This document shows, in pieces, positions 9,626-19,560 of a stretch of DNA of 41,561 nucleotides; within the stretch, counting starts at the first letter, position 1, and each line of letters starts with the position of its first letter. Made by a program: the position numbers and the translations under genes. The DNA is taken from positions 1 through 41,561 of the forward strand of contig JAQIBO010000280.1 in NCBI GenBank assembly GCA_027859055.1, written 5' to 3'. Below the pieces are notes generated by a model. That model was given only the letters and a program-made list of their open reading frames with translations. It was not told where the DNA came from and made no database searches. Source of the stretch: Spirochaeta sp. Lineage in GTDB: Bacteria > Spirochaetota > Spirochaetia > DSM-27196 > Alkalispirochaetaceae.

Positions 9626-9797
9626 TTATCCACCGCTTTTCCACAGGCGGGGATCCTCTCTTTCCGAAACCAGGTAGACGGAATCCCCGATCCGCCTCCC
9701 GGTTTCCCCTACAAAATGTCAATATCTGACATTATTATAGCGTCAATACCTACATGCGTGTGTATCGGTCTACCCGGTTATCCACAAGGTATCCACA
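9626..9797 (+). promoter_or_regulatory. DnaA-box cluster in the jag-gcvH intergenic region
   Basis: TTATCCACC 9626, TTTTCCACA 9637, TTATCCACA 9778, GTATCCACA 9789. Confidence 0.7.
9715..9733. promoter_or_regulatory. Palindromic operator candidate beside the -10 of the gcvH transcript
   Basis: AATGTCA-N5-TGACATT, directly adjacent to a minus-strand TATAAT at 9734-9739. Confidence 0.5.
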
Positions 9798-9799
9798 AT

Positions 9800-10537
9800 T
9801 TACCGTCCAGCGCCGCGGTAGAAGATCCGAACCTGCTTGTACAATCCATCGCCTTCGCTTTCGGTGCCCAGATTGTCGATGTCGTTGAGCGTTGTGTGAA
9901 TCAACCGGCGCTCAAACGGGTTCATCGGTTCAAGCAGTTTGCTTCCCCGAGTCCGAAGCACCTGATCCCCAACCTTCTGCGCCAGACGAACCAGCTGTTC
10001 CTCCCGGCGACCCCGATACCCTTCTGTATCCAGAATAACCTTGATTCCCGAATCTTCAAATCGTCCGGCGATCACATTTGCCAATAATTGCAGGGCGTCA
10101 AGGTTTTTTCCTTTTCGACCGATCAGAATGTTGGCGTGCTCACTATCCAGCCGCAGTCCCAGTTTCGCCGGTTCGCGGTACATGATTTTCACTTCAGCGG
10201 GAAAGCCCATCTTTTCACAGACGGTCGTCACGAAATCAACAACTCCGTGCTCAAAGTCCGTTTCCGGGTCGGGGCTGGTATTGCCGTACCGCGTTGCCGC
10301 AGCGTTATTATCACCATCATCCCCCCGGGCAGCGAGCGGCGGGGCCACGACCGGTTCATCCGGTACAAGTCCGTCGGGAAAATGCACCCGAATACGGGTG
10401 GACCGGTTCAATCCAAGAAATCCGCTTTTCTGGGTTTCCAGAATCTCGACTTCAAATTCATGGCGGTCAATCCCGAGGGCCTCCACCGCCGCGTCGATCG
10501 CTTCCTGTTCGGAACGACCTTCAAATTCTCTTACCAT
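9800..10537 (-). CDS. jag: Jag/EloR (KhpB) RNA-binding protein
   Basis: Jag_N (EFEGRSEQEAI..GFLGL), KH (LIGRKGKNLDALQ), R3H (PMNPFERRLIH); follows yidC. Confidence 0.93.
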   Translation of the reverse strand: MVREFEGRSEQEAIDAAVEALGIDRHEFEVEILETQKSGFLGLNRSTRIRVHFPDGLVPDEPVVAPPLAARGDDGDNNAAATRYGNTSPDPETDFEHGVVDFVTTVCEKMGFPAEVKIMYREPAKLGLRLDSEHANILIGRKGKNLDALQLLANVIAGRFEDSGIKVILDTEGYRGRREEQLVRLAQKVGDQVLRTRGSKLLEPMNPFERRLIHTTLNDIDNLGTESEGDGLYKQVRIFYRGAGR

Positions 10538-10539
10538 AT

Positions 10540-12324
10540 TTACTCCGTTGCGTGGCGTTTGCGACGTTGACTAATGAGGAACTGCTGTCCAACGGTCAAA
10601 ACGTTGGAAAAGATCCAGTAGACCAGCAGTCCGCTCGGCATATTGTACAGGATAAAGAAGAACATAATCGGCATCCCGTACTGCATAAACTTCATCTGAC
10701 CGGAACTGGTCCCGGCCGCAGGATTTTGCATCAGTTTACTCGAAAGCAACTGACTTCCGACAAACAGAATCGGCAACAGGCGCAGATCGTTCCATCCGAG
10801 AAACGGAAGGGTGAACGAACCGAAGCTGAGAATCGATTCCGGCGCGGAGAGGTCGGTAATCCACCCCTGGATGAAGGTGGCGCCGCGCAGATCGAAGTGG
10901 TTGTTGAACACACCGAACATAGCGATAAAAAACGGAAACTGAAGCGCGAGCGGGAGACAGCCGCCAAGCGGGCTCACCCCCTCTGTCTTGTACATGTCCG
11001 CCATCGCCTGGTTCATCTTCTGCGGATTATCTTTGTACTTCTCCCGGACTTCCTGAATCTTCGGATTCAGTTCCTGCATCTTGCTGGTACTCTCGTAGCT
11101 CTTGTGGGTCAGCGGGAAGAGGAGCAACTTGACCAGAACTGTGAGAATGATGATTGCGATACCGTAGTTGGGAACAAAGCGGTAGATTATCTGCATCAGG
11201 AACTTGAGAATATTTTCAAGCCACCCGAACAGAAAGCGGCTGTCCTGCACCTGATCGAGATCCAGGTTGCGAAGGCCGAGGGTGTTTTCATCGGCGCGGT
11301 TATAGCGATCCAGAACACGGTGAACCTTGGGTCCCACGTAAAAGCGGAAGGTGTCGCGATTGGCCGCCGAACGGATCACCGGGCGCGTCATCGACAGAGT
11401 GTGACCGTCTTCGAGACCGGGAGGAATGATACTGGAAAACGCCCAGGTGTAGTCCACCGCACCGGGAATTGCGATAACCGCAAAGTACTTACCCGACAGG
11501 GCGGCCCATTGGACGCGTTCGGTCAGCGTTTCGCGCTCTTCTCCCCGCATCCGGACGTTCTGCCGTTTGTCGCCGTCGTAGTAGTAGAAGTTTCGGTATT
11601 CGTTTCGTCCGTCGAGCGTATCGTAGGACGGACCGATCTGCGGTCCATAGGTTATCGTGTAGGCGCTTCCGTCAAAGTCCAACGGAACAAAGGTGTTAAC
11701 CGAGTTCTGGATTTCCACCCCCACCTCGATCACGTATTCACCGGGATAGAACCGGTACGTCCGGGTAACGGTAAACGGCTGATCAGGGGCGCCCTGCACG
11801 TAGAAATCGCGCTGAAAGGAGACAACGTTGGAATCGGTGCTGTCGGCCCGGCGAAACGCGGTCATCACCGGCGGTGCCTGGTCGTTTCCGAACTTCATCT
11901 CAAAGGCCGCCCGATTGGTGTCGCCCTGCAGCACCATTTCCACCGGTTCATCACCGTCAGGATGTTCCAACAGGCGCAGCGATGTGACCCGAGCTCCGAC
12001 AGGGTCAAACGTCACACGAAGGGTATCGTTTTCGTAGGTGATCGGTTCGAGGCTGATGCCGTCTTCCGGAACCGGTTGAATCGGGTTGCCGATCTGCTGA
12101 CGACTCTCTTCCGTCGATTGAACGGCGGTGTTGTCGGCAGTCGTTCCCGTTGAATCTGTCGTTCCCGTGGAACCGGTCGACCCACTCTGTTCATTCTGCT
12201 GCGGTTGGCTGGCGGTGGCTGTCTGTGCAGTTTCCTCGGGGGGGTACAAAGTGTTCTGCACCATAAACCCGACGCTGATCACGACCACCGAGAGAACCAC
12301 CGCGAGAAGCGTGTTCTTTTCCAT
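10540..12324 (-). CDS. yidC: Membrane protein insertase YidC
   Basis: YVGPK, NYGIAIIILTVLVKLLLFPL, PLGGCLP, WITDLSAP, PSGLLVYWIFSN. Confidence 0.96.
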   Translation of the reverse strand: MEKNTLLAVVLSVVVISVGFMVQNTLYPPEETAQTATASQPQQNEQSGSTGSTGTTDSTGTTADNTAVQSTEESRQQIGNPIQPVPEDGISLEPITYENDTLRVTFDPVGARVTSLRLLEHPDGDEPVEMVLQGDTNRAAFEMKFGNDQAPPVMTAFRRADSTDSNVVSFQRDFYVQGAPDQPFTVTRTYRFYPGEYVIEVGVEIQNSVNTFVPLDFDGSAYTITYGPQIGPSYDTLDGRNEYRNFYYYDGDKRQNVRMRGEERETLTERVQWAALSGKYFAVIAIPGAVDYTWAFSSIIPPGLEDGHTLSMTRPVIRSAANRDTFRFYVGPKVHRVLDRYNRADENTLGLRNLDLDQVQDSRFLFGWLENILKFLMQIIYRFVPNYGIAIIILTVLVKLLLFPLTHKSYESTSKMQELNPKIQEVREKYKDNPQKMNQAMADMYKTEGVSPLGGCLPLALQFPFFIAMFGVFNNHFDLRGATFIQGWITDLSAPESILSFGSFTLPFLGWNDLRLLPILFVGSQLLSSKLMQNPAAGTSSGQMKFMQYGMPIMFFFILYNMPSGLLVYWIFSNVLTVGQQFLISQRRKRHATE

Positions 12325-12333
12325 TATGTGTCC

Positions 12334-12681
12334 TTACCCGGACGGCAACAATTCCGCCCGATGTAGAAGTTTCTCAACTTGAGCCTGACGATCGGTGAAG
12401 TCGTGCGAACCCGGATACAACACGAAGGCGATATCATAGTGCCCCTGAATATCCTGTTTTAACAGACGGTACGCCTCCCGGATGTGCCGGCGGGCCCGAT
12501 TGCGGGCCACCGCACCGGAAAACGCGCGTGTTGTGGCAAATAGAACCCGGCTCCACCCTAAACTGTTTTCCACAACACGCAGGTGGAGCCCCTTCATACG
12601 GTACGCGTGTTTTGCCGAAAAAACACGTTCAATATCACGTCGTTTTCGTAATATTTCCGCCTTAGTAAGGCTTTTTCTCAT
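12334..12681 (-). CDS. rnpA: Ribonuclease P protein component
   Basis: [18 protein letters not shown] (RNR motif); lies between rpmH and yidC. Confidence 0.88.
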   Translation of the reverse strand: MRKSLTKAEILRKRRDIERVFSAKHAYRMKGLHLRVVENSLGWSRVLFATTRAFSGAVARNRARRHIREAYRLLKQDIQGHYDIAFVLYPGSHDFTDRQAQVEKLLHRAELLPSG

Positions 12682-12817
12682 CCGCAACGCTAAGTTTCTT
12701 ACGCCCCTTCAACCGGCGGCGCTTAAGAACCAGCCGACCACCCTTGGTCTTCATGCGGGCGCGAAAGCCGTACTTACGGTTACGTTTGACGCGACTCGGC
12801 TGATACGTTCGCTTCAT
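12662..12817 (-). CDS. rpmH: 50S ribosomal protein L34 (51 aa; too short for the ORF track)
   Basis: Manual translation [51 protein letters not shown]; overlaps the rnpA start by 20 nt. Confidence 0.97.
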   Translation of the reverse strand: MKRTYQPSRVKRNRKYGFRARMKTKGGRLVLKRRRLKGRKKLSVADEKKPY

Positions 12818-12853
12818 TCGTCTTCTCCTCGTCTAATTCGTAACAGAGCTGGG

Positions 12854-12883
12854 AGTATACCGACCGGATTCCGGCTGTGTCAA
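12854..12883 (-). promoter_or_regulatory. Sigma70 promoter of rpmH-rnpA-yidC-jag
   Basis: TTGACA-N18-TATACT on the minus strand. Confidence 0.75.
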
Positions 12884-12909
12884 TCTACGCATACGCCCGG
12901 CAGGCGCTC

Positions 12910-13431
12910 TCACTCGGGATTCTTACGTCGAATTGCCTCTCCGAGGCGTTCCAGTCGCGCAAGAAAGTCCGGATCTTCGCTTGCGGTCACGATTTCATCG
13001 TCGGGAGCATCCTCCACGGATTCGTGATCCCCATCGGACTGGCCTTCTGTTTCGCCTGTCCCAGCTGCTTCCGAGGCGCCCTCCGACGAGGGTTGTTCCG
13101 GCGATACGTCCGGTCGAACCGATGGATCCAGCTTGTCCACCACCATGAGATGGAGATACCGAATCTCCAGGGCGGGAAACTGCTGTTGAACCATCTTCAC
13201 GATTCGCCGTTGCTGCATTTGCATTTGTTGCAACCACGCCGGATGATCAAGGCCCACCAGGAGCGCGCCGTTTTTCACGTCAAGGATCTGGGAGTGCGCC
13301 GCCAGGTCTCTCCCGGCGATCGTCGGCCACGCACGGACAAAGGGAACCACGCCCTTTTCATCGCGAATACCGATCGATTCCACAAAACGAACAACCAGGT
13401 CCTGTGCGCTACTCTCTCCGTACGGTGCCAT
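12910..13431 (-). CDS. DUF721/DciA-family protein (probable helicase loader)
   Basis: WPTIAG..LAAHSQ..VKNGALLVGLDHPAWLQQM pattern; directly after recF; acidic C-terminal linker. Confidence 0.75.
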   Translation of the reverse strand: MAPYGESSAQDLVVRFVESIGIRDEKGVVPFVRAWPTIAGRDLAAHSQILDVKNGALLVGLDHPAWLQQMQMQQRRIVKMVQQQFPALEIRYLHLMVVDKLDPSVRPDVSPEQPSSEGASEAAGTGETEGQSDGDHESVEDAPDDEIVTASEDPDFLARLERLGEAIRRKNPE

Positions 13432-14488
13432 CGTCTACCGAATATACCAATGTCTCGTCGTTTCGATAAGCGTCATAGGGTTCCCCGGGAAGAAACGTAA
13501 AGATTCGCTGTTCCGCCGCCGGCAGTCGATCGACGAACCGAGCCCGCCGGGCGGGATCAAGTTCCAGGAGTACGTCGTCAAGGAGAAGCACCGGGTCCCG
13601 ACCGCTGTGCCGTGCGTAAAAGCGCGCCTGAGCCACCCGGAGAATGAGAGCCACCAGACGAATTTGCCCGGTTGAAGCGATCTGCAGAAAATCGCGACCG
13701 TCGTATCGAAAGAGAACCCGGTCGCGGTGTGGTCCGCTGGTGGTGGTCCGCAAGTTGCGTTCCTGCTCCCGCCGCGACGCGAGTTCCGCCCGTACCTCCG
13801 CAACGCCCGTCAGCCCGCGCCAGCTTGGCCGGTACTCCAGTTCCAGCGTGGAGCCAAGACCTGATATCTCGCGAAAGTCTTCACTGAACACCTCGTTAAA
13901 CGCGGTGACCACGTCGCAACGCCGCTCCTGGATGAGCAACCCCGCCTCGGCAAGCTCGTCGTCGTAGATCTCCATGAGCTGGTACTGTTCGTTTTTGATC
14001 GCGTGGTTCCGATTTTTGAGAATGATGCGATACCGGCGAAGATCGTCGATGTAGACGGGGCGATTCATGCTCAACGTCTGGTCCACGAACCAGCGTTGCA
14101 TATCCGGGGAACCGTTTACAAAGCCCATATCGTCGTGGCGAAATATCACCGACGGAATCGTGGTAACCATATCACGCCGGTCGTTTACCGGAGAGTCGTC
14201 AAGGAGGATGCGCTTTTTTCCCTCCTGGTAGCGAATCTTTATCTCATGGGATCCGTCTGGATTCGTCACGGTACCGTCAAGAGCCATTTCCCGTTCACCG
14301 GTGCGGCACAACTCGGCGTCCCGGCGGGTGCGGAAACTTCCGCCGTAACTGAGGATGTACAAGCTTTCCAGAAAGTTGCTTTTTCCCTGTCCGTTTTCCC
14401 CACGTAAAAAAACCTGCCGGGCCGGAAGTTCGATCACTCCGTCCTGCAGGTTTCTGAACTGGTAGTACCGGACGCGTTGAAACGCCAC
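13409..14488 (-). CDS. recF: DNA replication/repair protein RecF
   Basis: FRNL, GENGQGKSNFLE, SFRT, GPHRD, ASTGQ, LLLDDVLLELD. Confidence 0.95.
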   Translation of the reverse strand: MAFQRVRYYQFRNLQDGVIELPARQVFLRGENGQGKSNFLESLYILSYGGSFRTRRDAELCRTGEREMALDGTVTNPDGSHEIKIRYQEGKKRILLDDSPVNDRRDMVTTIPSVIFRHDDMGFVNGSPDMQRWFVDQTLSMNRPVYIDDLRRYRIILKNRNHAIKNEQYQLMEIYDDELAEAGLLIQERRCDVVTAFNEVFSEDFREISGLGSTLELEYRPSWRGLTGVAEVRAELASRREQERNLRTTTSGPHRDRVLFRYDGRDFLQIASTGQIRLVALILRVAQARFYARHSGRDPVLLLDDVLLELDPARRARFVDRLPAAEQRIFTFLPGEPYDAYRNDETLVYSVDDGTVRRE

Positions 14489-14501
14489 GAACGATTATCG
14501 G

Positions 14502-15614
14502 CTACTGAATCTGCATCGGCATCACGATATGGAAATACCGTTCCCGCGGTTCCGAATAGATCGTGATCGCCTTGTTGGCTTCGGTGAAGTGGATCGATAT
14601 CGTATCACTGTCGATGACGCGCAGCGGATCCACGAGGTACGTGTAATTGAGCGCCACCGTTGTCTCCGGGCCGTCAAATTCCACGGGGATATCTTCACGG
14701 GCAATTCCGATTTCGCTCTCTTCACTCCGAATCTGCATCTGTCCTGACGAGAGCTCCAGATAGATCCGCCGGGATTTCTCCACCAGCAAGGATACCCGTT
14801 TGAGCGCTTCGGTCATCTCGGTTTTGTCCACCACCACAGAGTAGTGCTGTGTTTCCGGAATGACGCGCCGGTAGTTGGGAAACTGCCCGTCGATCAGCGC
14901 GGAGGAGATAAGATGGTTTTCAAAATCGAAAAAGACGTGTTTGTCCGCGACCGCCATCCGGAGCGTTCCCTCTCCACTGGCAAGCCGTTTTACCAGATTC
15001 AGTACCTTGGGCGGAATGATGACCCCGGCGAAGTCACTCAAGCCCTCCGGCATATCCTGGCCGATGTACGAAAGACGCCGTCCGTCGGTGGCAACCATGA
15101 CGAGGGTATCACCATCCGGTTCAAGGTAAACGCCGTTCATGAAAAACCGCGTCTCATCGTCGGAAACGGCGAAAACAGTCTGGGAAACCATCTCGATGAA
15201 CTGATCCTGCGGGAACTCGAAATACCCGTCAGGAGCCTGGGTCTGAATCTCGGGAAACTTGTCCGCGGCGATACTGCGCAGTTTGAAATCGATCTTCTTG
15301 AACTTCGGTCTGATTACGAAGTTCTCCCCGGTGTTCTGGGGGTTCTGCTCGAACTCTATCTCCCCCGATGGAACCGATCGAAGGATCCCAAGCAGCTTGT
15401 CACAGAACACGGTGGTGATTCCCGGTTCCGTAACGGTCACCGGAAGTGTCGTCTCAAAACTGACTTTGAGGTCCGTCGCCCGCACGGTAAGGGTGCTTTC
15501 CTGTGCTTGAAGCAAGACGTTGGAGAGGATCGACATGTTTGATCGTGAGGAGATGATCTCCTGGGCAACCTGGATTTCTCGGATAATCTGGTCTCGTTCA
15601 ACGGTGAATTTCAC
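14502..15614 (-). CDS. dnaN: DNA polymerase III beta clamp
   Basis: ILSNVLL, ATDL, DETRFFMNG, VATDGRRL, GQFPNYRRVIP, IVMPM. Confidence 0.97.
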   Translation of the reverse strand: MKFTVERDQIIREIQVAQEIISSRSNMSILSNVLLQAQESTLTVRATDLKVSFETTLPVTVTEPGITTVFCDKLLGILRSVPSGEIEFEQNPQNTGENFVIRPKFKKIDFKLRSIAADKFPEIQTQAPDGYFEFPQDQFIEMVSQTVFAVSDDETRFFMNGVYLEPDGDTLVMVATDGRRLSYIGQDMPEGLSDFAGVIIPPKVLNLVKRLASGEGTLRMAVADKHVFFDFENHLISSALIDGQFPNYRRVIPETQHYSVVVDKTEMTEALKRVSLLVEKSRRIYLELSSGQMQIRSEESEIGIAREDIPVEFDGPETTVALNYTYLVDPLRVIDSDTISIHFTEANKAITIYSEPRERYFHIVMPMQIQ

Positions 15615-15642
15615 GGTTATTCATGCTCCTTTCCCTAGTGGA

Positions 15643-15777
15643 TTATATATAAAAGATAGTAGTAGCAGTAGTAGGGTCCGTGCATTTGTGGAAAAGTCAT
15701 TCAAGTTGTTGCGATACAAGCCGATACGGGGCGGATAACTACGACACAGGTATCCCGGTGTTATCCACTTGTCCACA
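15643..15777 (-). other. oriC unwinding sub-region: DnaA boxes, GC cluster, DnaA-trios, AT-rich tract
   Basis: Minus strand TTTTCCACA (15687-15695), GGACC, CTA CTA CTG CTA CTA CTA (15657-15674), TCTTTTATATATAAT. Further boxes TTATCCACT 15761 and TTGTCCACA 15769. Confidence 0.85.
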
Positions 15778-15829
15778 CCGGATGAAACGTTCCCCCGGTT
15801 ATACCGGGTTAACCCGGAACCTATCCCCA

Positions 15830-17266
15830 TTATGCGCGGCTTCCTTCTTCCTTGATTCTGCGGTTGAGCGTCTGTAAAACGTCTTCGATGGTGGGGTCGG
15901 TACGCATGCGGCTTTCCACGCGTTGATAGGCGTGCATAACCGTTGTGTGATCGCGGCCGCCAAACTCCAGACCGATGTCGGTCATCGACGCTTCGGTGAT
16001 TTCCCGGGCGATAAACATCGCGATCTGGCGGGGAAACGCGACCTGCCGCGTCCGCTTTTTCCCTTTCAGTTCGTTGGGAGACAGGTTGAAATAGTCGGCA
16101 ACGGTTCGCTGGATCACGTCGACGGTGATGTTGTTCTGCAACGGACTGGAGAAAAAGTCTTTTAACTGGCGCTGAGCCACGTCAACAGAAACCTCTTTAT
16201 TGACCAGTTCCGCATAGGCGATGATCCGGGTAAGCGCGGCTTCCAGGTCGCGAACGTTGGTGGTTATCTTCTGACAGATCAGATTGATAACATCGTCGGG
16301 AACGTGAATTCCCGTTTTTTCCGCCTTCTTTTTGAGAATAGCGATCGCCGTTTCCGTTTGCGGGGGCTGGAGGTCCACCGTAAGGCCCCGGGTAAACCGG
16401 TTCTGAAGCCGTTCGGTGATATCCTTTATCTCACTGACCGGGCGGTCCGAGGTAAACACCATCTGTTTCTTGGCGTCAAACAGCGCGTTGAACGTGTGGA
16501 ACAGTTCCTCCTGCGTTTCGTTCTTTTTCTGCAAAAAGTGGATGTCATCGATCAGCAGGACGTCGGCGTTGCGGTACTTGTTTTTGAACATGTGAGTCCG
16601 GTTTTCCTGAATGGAACGGATGAACTCGTTGGTGAAATCCTCTGCGGTCACGTAGACGATGCGCTGTTCCGCATCTCGTTGCCAGACGGAGTTACCGATC
16701 GACTGGAGCAGATGCGTCTTGCCAAGCCCCACACCACCGTAGATCAGACAGGGGTTGTAGGTGGTGCCCGGGTTGTTGGCGATCGCCATCGCCGCATTGG
16801 CGGCAAACCGGTTGTTGTCACCGACAACGAAGTGTTCAAAGGTGTATTCCGCACTCAACCCCGGCGCGGACTGGCGACGATCCGGTTTCGGTGCGGGAGA
16901 TCGTGTTGCCGTAACCGCGTGTTTCGTTGATTCTCCGGTTGCGGGGTTGTTTGACGCAGATTTCACCGAGGCGGGGCCGGAACGTTTCCGTGCGGGTGCG
17001 GTGTACTCGGCCCGTTCGATCTCGAAATCGATCTGGAACGAACGCCCGGAAAGCTCGTGGAGCTTGCTTTCGATCAGATCCAGGTATCGTTGTTTGACCT
17101 GATCGCGATAGAATGAAGAGGGAACGGCGACGGTGATCGTCTGTTCTTCTGATCGCGTATACTGTATTTGCTGGAACCACATCACGAATTCCTGTTCCGA
17201 GACCTGATGCTCGATGTGCTTCAACGCCTCGTCCCAGAAAACTCGGTTGTCCTGCCAGTCGCTCAT
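15830..17266 (-). CDS. dnaA: Chromosomal replication initiator DnaA
   Basis: YTFEHFVVG, YGGVGLGKTHL, LLIDDIHFL, QEELFHTFNAL, GGRDHTTVMHA. Confidence 0.98.
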   Translation of the reverse strand: MSDWQDNRVFWDEALKHIEHQVSEQEFVMWFQQIQYTRSEEQTITVAVPSSFYRDQVKQRYLDLIESKLHELSGRSFQIDFEIERAEYTAPARKRSGPASVKSASNNPATGESTKHAVTATRSPAPKPDRRQSAPGLSAEYTFEHFVVGDNNRFAANAAMAIANNPGTTYNPCLIYGGVGLGKTHLLQSIGNSVWQRDAEQRIVYVTAEDFTNEFIRSIQENRTHMFKNKYRNADVLLIDDIHFLQKKNETQEELFHTFNALFDAKKQMVFTSDRPVSEIKDITERLQNRFTRGLTVDLQPPQTETAIAILKKKAEKTGIHVPDDVINLICQKITTNVRDLEAALTRIIAYAELVNKEVSVDVAQRQLKDFFSSPLQNNITVDVIQRTVADYFNLSPNELKGKKRTRQVAFPRQIAMFIAREITEASMTDIGLEFGGRDHTTVMHAYQRVESRMRTDPTIEDVLQTLNRRIKEEGSRA

Positions 17267-17278
17267 ATTACCCTCAGC

Positions 17279-19543
<2,265 letters not shown>

Positions 19544-19560
19544 GAAAACAGGAGAACCCA

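Noticed and set aside
9611-9714. Glycine riboswitch upstream of gcvH
   Set aside because: The conserved GGAGA...CCGAAG...CTCTCAGG elements are not present in that order
10294-12153. 619-aa + strand ORF (likewise 20125-21888 -, 33208-34200 -, 39623-40957 +)
   Set aside because: Antisense shadows of yidC, gyrA, dnaX and the TPR gene
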